From Ylistrum balloti (taxonomy: Eukaryota), in the NCBI RefSeq assembly GCF_031769215.1, contig NW_026782092.1:434001-498000 (forward strand): a DNA stretch of 64,000 nucleotides, read 5' to 3'. Below are positions 50,814 to 63,392 of the stretch, piece after piece; the first letter of the stretch is position 1, and every line of letters starts with the position of its first letter. Under the pieces are notes generated by a model. That model had not been told where the DNA came from. It saw nothing but the letters and a program-made list of their open reading frames with translations, and searched no databases. The position numbers and the translations under genes were made by a program.

Positions 50814-52121
50814 TATATAAGAACAATTATTATTATTATTTGTTTTATATTATTTATAATAGCGATCAAATTATAGCGCTAAGGCAGGATTGCATATTTA
50901 AATATTACCGTAACTATCCGACTATTTTGAAAATGAAAGAAATATTGCAGCTTGTTTCTGGGGGGAAAATGTGAAATATTTATGTGAATCCTAATGGTTA
51001 AAACTTATCTCATATCTACAAAAATACAATGTATGGTTTCGATTTTTAGAAAAGATCGTCTTTCTTAACGATGCTAGTTTACTTCTTTTGACAGGAAATG
51101 TATGAAGGTCGAATGTGCAAACATAACAAATCCATCGAAATAACTTTACTACTGGCATGTTCTAGCTCTATAGGTAACAGAACATGTGCACAAATCCTTC
51201 CTATAACAAAACTGATGTAGTGAAGCACTCCAAACGCATAATCTGTATTATTTGTATAACAACAGAGTGGTATATTACATTACACTAATACTGTTAAATA
51301 CGAATTATACAGAATATATATATATACGTATATTGCTTCTGTGAGATTGTACAGAGTAATTAAAACCAACGATGTCCGTCAGCCACTTTAGCAATAAGGA
51401 GAGCAGATGTAAACCTACTCGAAAAGTACCGATGATCCTTAGAATAGTACCTTATAAAACTTCAATTAATAACTAATTTATTCTTAAATAATTATACCTG
51501 AGTCAAGTAATATCATGACATAATACCGGAGTTTGCTACATGATTTCTCTGACAAAAGAAATCAAGAACAAAAACATCTCTCTGATTGATTTATTGGTTG
51601 ACGTATTTAACGTCCGCTGCCGCCGATGTAATCAATGTTCAGCAGACGCGAGGTGGTGCCCTGTGTTATTCCTGCCTCTGTGAGACATGATCCTGTCCAT
51701 TTGGTACGTTGCCAGAGTCGGGCCTGCTCCCCGGAACTGCGTAATTCGTGAATCCTTTAGGGAAAATAGATGCAGTCGTTATCGCTACAATGTCTCATTG
51801 CTCCAATGAGTTCCTTTATCTTTGTTCTTAACTTTGATGTTACTAGCGTTTTTAATAGGCCTGACAGAATAACTACATGTAAATGGAATAATGAAATACT
51901 GGAATATATTGTATAATAAATATATGGAAATGAACCCAAACAAACCATGTTTGGTACATCCACGTGAAGCCACGCGCGAACATAAATAATTCCCTATAGA
52001 TTATTGGTTGTTCTGTAATCAATATATCAAAGCCAATACCATACGTCACAAACAGCTGACATACATATTAAAGATTAATATTTTTGATGCTTAAAAGTTC
52101 TGGACCTGAACATGTTAAAAG

Positions 52122-52823
52122 ATGGAAATCTGGACTATAATTAAAATAATTTTGCTACTCATTTGTGTATCAATATCCTTTTGCTTTAGATATCACTACA
52201 ATTTTATAGTCAGAGGATTTGGACTCAAACAATGCCTATCACAGCAAGTGGTTTTGGTATTTGAACACATTGGCCTACAGCAATGTTCTAGGGAATGTTT
52301 GTTACGGACAAATTGTAAAGCAGTGGCATATAACCTAGAGAATATGAACTGTTACCTTGGTGATAATGACACATATATCACTACTTCATCCAACCAGGAG
52401 GAAATAGCATCAATATTGATGCAGTCTAAAAGACAACTTTTAAAGTCTTGTGTTGGTCATTCTTGTGACGAGTCGTCTGTATGTGCGAAGTTGTCTAGTT
52501 GTCTATCAGAGTGTGTGGCGTATTTAGCGCCAGAGAGTACGCACAGCAGAATGACTTGTGGTAACAGCCCTTCGGAGGAAACAGATACACAAACACCATT
52601 GTTAGTCAGAGATTTCACTACTACACTTACCACTATTCGAAATATTAATCCAACTGAGTGTGGAAATCGACCAAATGTACATGGAGTGAATGTTATTACG
52701 TCACAAGAACGGTCAATCGGAACGGTCCTTACATACAGCTGTAAAGATGGACATGCAACAAAGGGAGACGACATGTTAAGACGGACAATGGTCGACAATG
52801 CCAATCAACTGTACTATTTGTAA
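52122..52823 (+). CDS. Family copy 10: signal-PAN-EGF-linker-CCP with a frameshift late in the CCP; decayed CTL remnant follows (possible pseudogene)
   Basis: 233-aa ORF; the shifted frame reads TTC*DGQWSTMPINCTICNTTYF, matching the CCP-CTL junction of copies 1 and 2. Confidence 0.8.
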   Translation: MEIWTIIKIILLLICVSISFCFRYHYNFIVRGFGLKQCLSQQVVLVFEHIGLQQCSRECLLRTNCKAVAYNLENMNCYLGDNDTYITTSSNQEEIASILMQSKRQLLKSCVGHSCDESSVCAKLSSCLSECVAYLAPESTHSRMTCGNSPSEETDTQTPLLVRDFTTTLTTIRNINPTECGNRPNVHGVNVITSQERSIGTVLTYSCKDGHATKGDDMLRRTMVDNANQLYYL

Positions 52824-54340
52824 TACAACATATTTCATGTCGTTTAGAAGTTTTGCGATACTGACTCTTTCAAACGCTTATATGATTTAGTGCACGATGT
52901 AGCATTTGAAACAGAATGGCAGCTTTGACGAACTGAGGACATGGGAGTTCAATAGCAAATATTTCGACGTTAACCTTGTACAATATTTTTGTATGGGCAG
53001 ATCATCTAATTCAGTCAAGATGTACTCAGATCAGTCGCTTGTTTAATTAAAATAAAAATAGTATCAATACATAAACACTTATTTTACCGGTAATAAGCAT
53101 TTGTATAGAACTACATTCTATATTATTGGGATTCTGTGACACATGATACAGAGGTGATACCTTTCATAAAAGATATATAAAACGGTTTTTGTGTAAGATT
53201 TATGTATTCGTGAGTTTCATTAGACAAAATATAAAGAGGAGCAAAGAAAATATAAATGTATGATATATATGTAATTTGAAATATCCCAGCTTAGCTTCGA
53301 ACTTCGAACCGGTCAAATGGTCCAGGCTATTTCAAAAGTTCGCCAGTTCTATCTGAATCGTGCCTTTATTTTGTGGTTACCTAACCACGTCCAAGAAAAA
53401 TCCTTCCTAAGGTTTATAAAAAAAACATTTATAAATTGTATGAACTGAAAATACCTCTGAACAACAAATACTTATTACCGATTCATTATTGGATCGAGTA
53501 TATTGACGCGAACCTTTCGACATCGCCATCTTGCCACCGCGAACCAATAAGCGGGCAACTTTTGAAGGTGATTTCGGAACTCAAATGTTATTTTCTAAAA
53601 ATCGTGATTTTGTTTAAAATTTATTTGATTGGGATTTAGATATATTTCGTATATTTCAGCAAGGAAAGTGTAGCCAGATCATATAATTTAATAAAATAAA
53701 TCTACATTAGTTGTTGTTAAACCACTGTGGTCTTTAACATAAAGATTAGTATATAAATATTTATTGCATTATTTTTGCTGATGATATAAACTAATAAGCC
53801 AATTTGATAAAAACTTATATCATCAATATATCGGAGGACATTGTACAACTGTTTGACATCAATCACAAACTTCCTGAAATTTAAAAACACCTCGATATGT
53901 TTGTATCGTTTGTCTTATTTATTTATCTATTTATTTATTTATTCATTTTCATTTTTATTATAATTATATTTTATTACTTTTAATTTTTAATTTGGTTTTC
54001 CCTTTTCAAAATTGAACAAATGATATGACAGAACATCTTTCAGGAATAAGAAGTGATATATATATATATATTCCGCGATCTCGTGAAATGTATATGATAT
54101 TGAATAACGAACCATTAATATCCTCTATATAATGGTTTCAAACATATCTTATAGGTAACATTGCTTTTATCATAATGTCTAATTTATCTTTTGTATCGTA
54201 TGTCTCATTGATAAATAAAAAATACCATAAATATCTTATGAGTTTATTGTTGGTTTCAGACATGTCATATTGATAAAACTGTCAGTGTGACACATATCTA
54301 ATTCGTCTGTTATTAGTATTATGTATGTGATGATGACATT

Positions 54341-55048
54341 TGTCTTGTTAATGTAGTGTTAGTATCATACATGTCTTGCAGATATAGTGTTAGTATCATA
54401 CCTGTCTTGTTAATGTAGTGTTAGTATCATACATGTCTTGCAGATATAGTGTTAGTATCATACATGTCTTGTTAATGTAGTGTTAGTATCATACCTGTGT
54501 TAGTATCATACATGTCTTTTCGATATATTGTTAGTATCATACATGTCTTGTCGATATAGTGTTAGTATCAAACATGTCTTGTTGATATAGTGTTAGTATC
54601 AAACATGTCTTGTTAATACAGTGTTAGTATCAAACATGTCTTGTTGATATAGTGTTAGTATCAAACATGTCTTGCTAATACAGTGTTAGTATCAAACATG
54701 TCTTGTCGATATATTGTTAGTATCATACATGACTTGTCGATATAGTGTTAGTATCAAACATGGCTTGTTGATATAGTGTTAGTATCAAACATGTCTTGTT
54801 AATACAGTGTTAGTATCAAACATGTCTTGTCGATATATTGTTAGTATCATACATGACTTGTCGATATAGTGTTAGTATCAAACATGTCTTGTCGATATAG
54901 TGTTAGTATCATACATGTCTTGTCTTGTCGATATAGTGTTACTATCATACATGTCTTGTCTTGTCGATATGGTGTTAGTATCATACATGTCTTGTTGATA
55001 TAGTGTTAGTATCAAACATGTCTTGTTGATATATTGTTAGTATCATAC
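54341..55048 (+). repeat. Minisatellite, 31-bp unit, ~23 copies
   Basis: GTGTTAGTATCA(T/A)ACATGTCTTGT(C/T)GATATA, period 31. Confidence 0.95.
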
Positions 55049-55398
55049 AATGACAGAAACAACAAAAATCCGTACATTTCTTTATTAGACCACAAGAGGT
55101 CAAAATGCACTCACTAATATAAACAATAAGATTTTTAAAAACCGGTCAACATCATTTCTATCGGAAATGGTCAAGACCCTAAAAAGTTCAGTGACAAACA
55201 ATGATGCAATCAATGTGTCCCGATCACATAAATGAATGACGTCACTATCCTTCGGGATCCTCCCCTTAGTGAATATTGCAACAAATCTGCAACAAAAAAA
55301 CCCAAGGAACAGTACATTTACCAATTTTGAAGTACATTGCATCACTTTCTTCAGTTCAAAATGAGACGGTTTTGCATTATATACCTTAAAATACCTAC

Positions 55399-56267
55399 CT
55401 AGCGAGGCAATGGGTACCAATAGTTGATCTGACGCTGGATACAAAGAGGAAACAGCACCATGTGCTTCTCTTCAAACTGGTGGCAGAATTTCCTTTCCCA
55501 GTAGAGGCTATCTCGGGGAAGCTCTTTGGTAAGAACCACGGATAACTCGAGTCCATAGTTGAACAATTTCATTGCTTTTGCTCGCTCGGCGAAATTGGCT
55601 TTGTCCTTCTTCCTAGATCCGGAAGGTTTCCACAAGGATTTCCGTTTGATTTGACATGGGACAGTTCCACAGTGTGGACAGCGTGAAGGACCTAAACACA
55701 CATTGTATATTCCAATACATCTTCAAAATAGTAAGGTTCCACAATTACCTGATAATATCACATATGTCCATTTGGAATGGAACATTTTAAATTTCGGACG
55801 GAGAAAATAAAACTTTTCCACTATTTTATCTACCGAGTTCAATCTCTCTGACCCCGGGGGTTTGATCCATCATTTATACCAAATTGAACTCATTTTATTC
55901 AAGACTGCAAAGTTTGGACAAACACCTTCATCCAGACTCCAGGAGGCAGAACAACCATTTATACTTAATTAGTTTCCCGTTTGCTCTGTGAACGCTCAAA
56001 GCAAAGGTCAAAATCCGTTTTGTCGTTATTGACTTATAGAAACTTTTGTTCAAAAAGGTGAATTGACGATGGACGCCGCGCCGTGACATATGGTCTTTGG
56101 TCCTGAAACTGAAACAATCAAAACTCAAATTATCGACATCACTTACGAGTTCTCCATTCCTTGAACTTTAAAAATATCGCCGACACGGCCTCTCTGATTC
56201 TGTTTCCAAGCGACGGCGCATTTCCCAATAATAGGGTCAGAAGTACACACACAAGGGTGTAGAACAT
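55399..56267 (-). CDS. Two-exon small protein A (56267-56147 + 55691-55399), 137 aa, hydrophobic N-terminus + CPHCxxxPC motif; unknown family
   Basis: Donor C|GTAAGT and acceptor TGTTTAG|GT join in phase 1: MFYTLVCVLLTLLLGNAPSLG...EWRTRPSRCPHCGTVPCQIK...FPLCIQRQINYWYPLPR*. Confidence 0.55.
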
Positions 56268-57593
56268 CTCGTGTCCAATTCGCTGAAATAAATTGAAATG
56301 ATTATCATTTTTTTTGGTACATATAAAAGACGTTTGGATAGGAATAGATACGTTTTCTACCCACTTATAAACCATAACTAGTGTTGAGGAAATGTGGAAT
56401 AGCTAAATATTGTGAAGAGAGCTATTGTATTTGCTTATTTGTGTGTGGGATGCTTTGTTTGGACTTTTTAGGTATTGAAAAAAACCATTGAAAACAGAAT
56501 TGATTGGGAAAAAGATGTTTTCTTCAATCTTTTAAATTACAACCTTGCTGACGTATTTAGCAAATAATTATGGAGTAAATTCCCTTACCAAGATCAAATC
56601 GGCTGGCGTTGGACATTCTTTCTTGATTTCGTTGGCAGTGACGTAATGATAAAACCTTTTCACATATCCGGGCTCAGGCTCCACGCTACACAAACAACGT
56701 TACAGGATGATGATGAAATATATTCTAAAGTTTAAGATTTACATATTGTTTACTCTAAAACCTTTGATATCACTGTAAAGATTGTTTTAAGCCCTAAGCT
56801 TGTTGTCTCACCCTATAAAATTATCTGTGTATGTCCAGTTGCTGATTATTGAATAAAATAGTGTTTAAACTAAAGATTATTAATTTCGATGTGTCGTATT
56901 TTCACGGGTTTTTTATGGAATCACGAGGAAGGACAAACAAATAAATAGAGATACGACGTAGTTTGTTCCGGACTTCCGTGAACTCAGTGTTTTGGTAACA
57001 CCGTAAAACTTTCGACCACCGAAAATAAAAATATTCATAGAATTTAGTGCATATTGATTTACTCAATATCATTAATCATCATTAAGTGAAAAACTTACCA
57101 CGTGAGGTCCCGATAAGCAGCAGGACCTTGGTGGATTGTACTCAGCATTACCACAAATAGCAGTAATAACTTGAAATCCATTGTGATACGTGAAAGATTC
57201 AACATAAAACGTTTTTATTTGGGGAGAGACTCATCATCTCCGCCATTGCTGATTGCTAAGCAGCTTAGCAACTAAAATGTGACGTCACAAATGGGCAAAA
57301 GTATTTAACCCATGATGACGTCATGCTTTTGTCTTTGTTACACAATGGAAGCGATTGTACACTAAAAGTTAATCTGACAAGGTTTTTTTCATGTCCAAAT
57401 TCATCCTACTTGTTGAGTAGGTGCTAAATGATCCTAAACATGTTATATTTATATGACTGATACACAGAAATACTATTAAAATATTACATTGTGTAAGTAT
57501 TATAGAAAAACAAAATCCATCTTGTGGGTATGGATTTCAGGGAAAAGGATACCGGAAGCACGATTTGCATTACCGAAACATCCAAAAAATAAT

Positions 57594-58245
57594 AACAAGA
57601 GGCCCATGGGCCTTAACGATCATCTGACATAAAATACAAGATTTCAAATTTTGAACTTATTTTACATGGATTTAAGAATCAAGGGCACTCAGCCACTACC
57701 TTGAAACTGGGTTAAGGTTATTCATTTCAACAAACTTCGTAAACCTTTATCCCAGCATGCTACAGGCCAAATATCATCGCCCTAGGTGTTCTGGTTATTC
57801 AGAGGATGTTTGAAGTAACACACTTTGGTCAGTGCCATGTCATGATCATTTCATGCAAGTGTTGGCTCAATCGCACGGCTGGAACTTGAGAAGAAGTCGA
57901 AAATGTGTTTCAAGATGGCGGCCATCTTGGATTTTGGACCAACGCGAAATTAACAAACTTTGGTCAGGACCATGTCACGATCATTTCAGGTAAATTTAAG
58001 ATCAATGTCACAAGCAGAACTACTTCAGAAGAAGTTGAAAACGTATTTTCGATGAATTTTCAAAATGGCGGCCATCTTGGATTTTTGACCAACCCGAAAT
58101 TAACAAACTTTAGTCAGGACCATGTCACGATCATTTCATTTAAGTTTCAGCTCAATGAAACATGTAGAACTTGAGAAGAAGTTGAAAATGTAAATTGTTT
58201 ACGACGGACGACGGACGACGCCGGACAAAAGGCGATCGCAATAAA
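57594..58245 (+). mobile_element. Helentron-associated non-autonomous (HINE/pearl-like) element with internal ~150-bp repeats
   Basis: Starts AACAAGAGGCCCATGGGCC; two CAA(G/A)ATGGCGGCCATCTTGGATTTT...TAACAAACTT units; GACG microsatellite near the end; absent from duplicate unit B. Confidence 0.75.
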
Positions 58246-59929
58246 AATGCAGAGTCCCGGATTATGTTTTTATCCGTAAATGAAAATGGTGTGACATTTA
58301 CAATTTTGAATCACCAGAAGCAAAATTTTTTTTATTCTTTTAGAAAAATTTGAAAGTCCTTTAGGAGATCGTCTTAACACTGATATATGGTAGACAATGT
58401 CAAATCAAGAATGAGTTCTGTTGCTCAAAACTTAAAATATTTAATTGTTTTGTTGCTAATATATCATATGTTTGAAACCTTCTGAAAAGTCGATGATTTA
58501 GTGAAACCACAACTGGTTTCGTTATATTAAATATCTTCGCGACTTAAACTAAAGTTTCACTAGTTTTGTCAAACTAAGCGAAGTGGTGTCGCGGTTTGAA
58601 TCTATACTTAAACTTGTTTATTTTTTTCCCTACCATTAATTATACACTGAAAATTCACATTTGTGTTCAATGCTTGTGTACAGCCATATATGATCATACA
58701 GTAGTAGGCCAAAATTTTAGAAACAGAAACATATATCTAAGTCAGCTTACTTAGTGTTACAATTAATTGTAGTCGATAATGCAGTTAAAGGGAGGTAACT
58801 GATATACCAAAAAGATGTTAAAACTAATGAAGGCCCGGCGCTCAACAGGGAATAAAATCATTTTATTTATTCATTTATTCATTTCCTTTCAGTGTTATTA
58901 TTACATAATATGGAAACAGTTTCTTCTCAACTATTCAGGTTTATCTCAAAACTACTCCTGTTAATTGCTATCTTTATACAGATATTTCTTTTTATAACTT
59001 TTATGCAATATATTTCAAATTTGTCGTTATAACAGAATTGTACATCGTAAATCTAGAACAGGAAAAAAATCCAGAGGATATGTAAGCTGATACGGAGGTC
59101 GATACGAGGTAAAAATAAACACACACACACAAAAAACAACAACATTTATATAGCAACCTAAGCGTGAGTGGCGAGTTTTTAGCATACGGCGCGTCTGTAT
59201 TAGATAAATGTTATAATCTGTTATATGTGGTCTGACTGAATCAACCGGTCTTGAAGTACTCTAATCTTCTAAAGGTGACATTTTTTATTGTCAATTAGAA
59301 AAGGGTGTCGGTTTTTACGTGGTATATTATTTCGAGTTGTACAACTGAGAAGTGCACCGTTTGTGTTGTCATGATTGCATTTGCTCCGGATGGCATGTGA
59401 CGGGCCTCCCGTATGTTGTTCAGCGATGTAGCCATCGGTCACTTCTTGAAGACCTCTCCTCAAAATGATCCTGGCTGTTCAGGGGTTGATAAACTCAGCA
59501 ATATAACAAACAACTGTACATGTAGATATTCAAAAGTGGATTACAATGTACTTTAGCCTGAGCGATTCAACGATTCATCCCTCCACTTCCTCAATGCTCT
59601 CTTATACATCTTCATCCTACTTCCTTTATTGAAAAGATGTTAAAAAAAAAGTCTTGAAATTGAAAAAAAAAAAAAATAAATAAATAAATGAATAAAAATC
59701 GAGTGTGATATTAAACGCATTTCCGATCACATTAATACATTTGTATTTCCCTCTGTGGTACGTATCATAGACAACCATCATCGGAGATATTGTCAGCGGT
59801 CAAGATCTGCTACATTCTTTTTCAAACTGACCTCTATGACGTAATAAAAAGATCAGTAAATCTGTGCTGCAATATATCAATATATCCCGCTTATAGTCAG
59901 CTTCCACTGCTACAGTGCTAAATAACCAA

Positions 59930-62900
59930 CACAACAAGAAATCCGTACATTTCTTTATTGGACCACAAGAGGCCAAAATGCACTGACGAATATAAACAAT
60001 AAGGGAAAAAAATTAAACACCATTGGTCCAGCTCATTTCTATAGGAAATGGTCAAGACCCTTAAACGTTCAGTGAACATCGATGATGCAATCAATGTGCC
60101 CGATTGCACAAATGAATGACGTCACTATCCTTCCGTCTCCACTCCTTCGTGGATGTTGCTACGAATCTGCAATAAAAATAGTTATATAAGAACAGTACAT
60201 TTACCAGTTTTGAAGTATATTGCATTCTTTTCTTCAGTATAAAATGTGAAGGTTTTGTAAGTATTTTGCAATCAAGACCTTAAAATACCTACCTAGCGAG
60301 GCAATGGGTACCAATAATTGATCTGACGCTGGATACATAGAGGAAACAGCACCATGTGTTTCTCTTCAAACTGGTGGCAGAATTTCCTTTCCCAGTAGAG
60401 GTTGTCCCGGGGAAGCTCATTGGTAAGAACCACGGATAACTCGAGTCCATAGTTGAACAATTTTGCTTTTGCTCGCTCGGCGACATTGGCTTTGTCCTTC
60501 TTCCGAGTTCCGGAAGGCTTCCACAAGGATCTCCGTTTGGTCTGACATGGGACAGTTCCGCAGTGAGGACAGCGTGAAGGACCTAAACAAACAATGTTTA
60601 TTCCAATACATCTTCAAGATACAAAGGTTCTACAATTGATCTGATAAGTCACATATGTCCATTTGGAAAGGAACAGTTAGATATATCCGGACGGAGAGAG
60701 GAAATATCACAATACAAGAGGTCGATCGTTCACATGGACATTTTAACTTTCACATAAGAAAATAAAACTTTTCCACTATTTTATCTACCGGGCTCAATCC
60801 CTCTGACCCCGGGTTTGGATCCATCATTTACACCAAATTGAACTCATTTTACTCCAGACTGTAAAGTTTGGACAAACACCTTTATCCAGACTCCAGGAGG
60901 CAAAACAACCATTTATACTTAATTGGTTTCCCTTTTGCTCTGTGAACGCTCAAAGCAAAGGTCAAAATCAATTTTGTCGTTATTGACTAATAGAAACTTT
61001 TGTTGAATAAAAGTGAATTGACGTTGGAAGCCGCGCCGTGACATATGGTCTTTGGTCCTGAAACTGAAACAATAAAACCTCAAATTATCGACATCACTTA
61101 CGAGTTCTCCATTCCTTGAACTTTGAAAATGTCGCCGACAAGGCCTCTCTGATTCTGTTTCCAAGCGACGGCGCATTTCCCAAAAATAGGGTCAGAAGTA
61201 CACACATAAGGGTGTAGAACATCTCGTGTCCAATTCGCTGAAATAAATTGAAATGATTATTTTTTTTCTTAGAATGGTACATATAAAAGAAGTTTGGATA
61301 GGAATAGATTTCTACCCACATATGAAACATAACTAGTAACTGAGGATATGTGGAATAAGAGATGAAATGAAACGGATAGATAGTAACAAAAGGACTTGAC
61401 ACAAATGTATTATAAGTATCAAATCCCTGTGTACATATCAATGGAACATACAAACATGATAAGAGATTCTGCTAAATATTGTGAAGAGAGCTATTATATT
61501 TGCTTATTAGTGTTTGGGGTCTTTTATTTGTGTTTTTCGTTTTCTTGGGCATTGAAAAGTATCATTGAAAACAGAATTAATAGAGAAGAAAATGTTTCCT
61601 TCAGTCTTTTAAATTACAACCTTGCTGACGTATTCAGCAAATAATTATGGAGTGAAATCCTTACCAAGATCAAATCGGCTGGCGTTGGACATTCTTTCTT
61701 GATTTCGTTGGCGGTGACGTAATGATAAAATCTTTTCACATATCCGGGCTGAGGCTCCACGCTACACAAATAAAGTTACAAGGTGATGATGAAATATATA
61801 CTAAAGTTTAAGATTTACATATTGTTTACTCTAAAACCTTTGATATCACTGTAAAGATTGTTTTAAGCCCTAAGCTTGTTGTCTCACCCTATAAAATTAT
61901 CTGTATACGTCCAATTGCTGATTATTGAATAAAATAGTGTTTAAGATTATTGATTTCAATGTGTCGTATTTTCACGGTTTTTTTATGGAATCACGAGGAA
62001 GGACAAACAAATAGAGATACGACGTAGTTTGTTCGGGACTTCCGTGAACTCAGTGTTTTGGTAACACCGTAAAACTTTCGACCATCGAAAATTAAAATAT
62101 TCTCAGAATCTAGTGCTTATTGATATACCCAATATCATTAATCATCATTAGGTGACAAACTTACCACGTGAGGTCACGATAAGCAGCAGGACCTTGGTGG
62201 ATCGTGCTCAGTATTACCACAAATAGCAGTAATAACTTGAAATCCATTGTGATACGTGAAAGATTCAACAAAAAACGTTTATATTTGGGGAGAGACTTAT
62301 CATCTCCGCCATTGCCGATTGCTAAGCAGCTTAGCAACTAAAATATGACGTCACAAATGGGCAAAAGTATTTAACCCATGATGACGTCATGCTTTTGTCT
62401 TTGTTACACAATGGAAGCGATGGTACACTAAAAGTTAAACTGGCAAGGATTTTTTTCATGTCCAGATTCATCCTACTTGTTGAGTAGGTGCTAAATGATT
62501 GATACACAGAAATACTATTGAAATATTACATTGTGTAAGTATTATAGAAAAACAAAATCCATCTTGTGGGTATGAATTTATAGAAAAGGTATAACAGAAT
62601 CCCGGTAATTTTGAATCACTTAATGCAGAATCGACTTTTTTCAAATTGAAATTTAAAACCCTTTAGGAATTCGTCTTAACACTGGTTTCATTATATGAAC
62701 TATCTTTGCGAGTAAAACTGTTTTTCGTTTGTTGTCTCGTTTCTACTTCCGGGATTTTACTAAAGCAGTGTTGTCAAAGTAAGAAAACAGGGGTGATGTC
62801 GCTGTTTCAATCCATACTTAAACACGTGTTTTTGTGTGCGTGTGTTTTTTTTTTTTTTTTTTTATGTTTTTATCCTTAATTTTATGTTAATTGCACATAC

Positions 62901-63392
62901 ATATATCATCACACAGTAGTAGGCCAATTTGTTCGAAACAAATGTAAAATATATCTTAGTCTAGTCGAAGGGAGATAACTCAGGAAATTGCGAGTTTTTT
63001 TTTTTAATTTTTATTTTTTTTTTGTACGACGTGTCTATATTCAATAAATGTTATAATCTGTTCTTTGTTATCTGAGTGAATAAAACAGTCTTAAAGCGCC
63101 CTATTCTTCTTACAGTAACTTTTATAAAGTCAAGTTGAATAAGGCGTCAAGTTATACGGAGTATTTTATTTGGAGTGAGAAACTGACCGTTTATGTTGTA
63201 GTGGTTGTGATTTTGGACAAGACAGTTAACCCTTATTGCTATAGATGGCATGCGATAGGGCTCCCGTATGTTGTTCAGTGAGGTGGCCAGCATCCATTAC
63301 ATGGAGATGCCACTTCAAAATGTATACGGGTTACTAAACTCAGCAATGAAACAAACAACTGTATATATAGAGACACTGATCTGAGCGATTCG
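59930..63392. repeat. Tandem segmental duplication, unit B
   Basis: See unit A. Confidence 0.9.
60293..61222 (-). CDS. Two-exon small protein B (61222-61102 + 60582-60293), 136 aa, paralog of A
   Basis: Same splice sites and stop; differs by several synonymous changes and one in-frame codon deletion. Confidence 0.55.

Larger units (their letters stand above)
55060..59570. repeat. Tandem segmental duplication, unit A (unit B 59930-63392)
   Basis: Colinear shared blocks from ATCCGTACATTTCTTTATT to CTGAGCGATTC; unit A carries an extra HINE-like insertion. Confidence 0.9.

Noticed and set aside
55835-56102. Middle exon of the micro-gene (acceptor TTTCAG at 56103)
   Set aside because: Stops in all frames and a 1-bp indel between paralogs; skipping it gives an intact ORF
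59340-59500. EQHTGxxSHAI similarity between units A and B (63240-63340)
   Set aside because: Short, with different starts and stops; explained by the duplication alone
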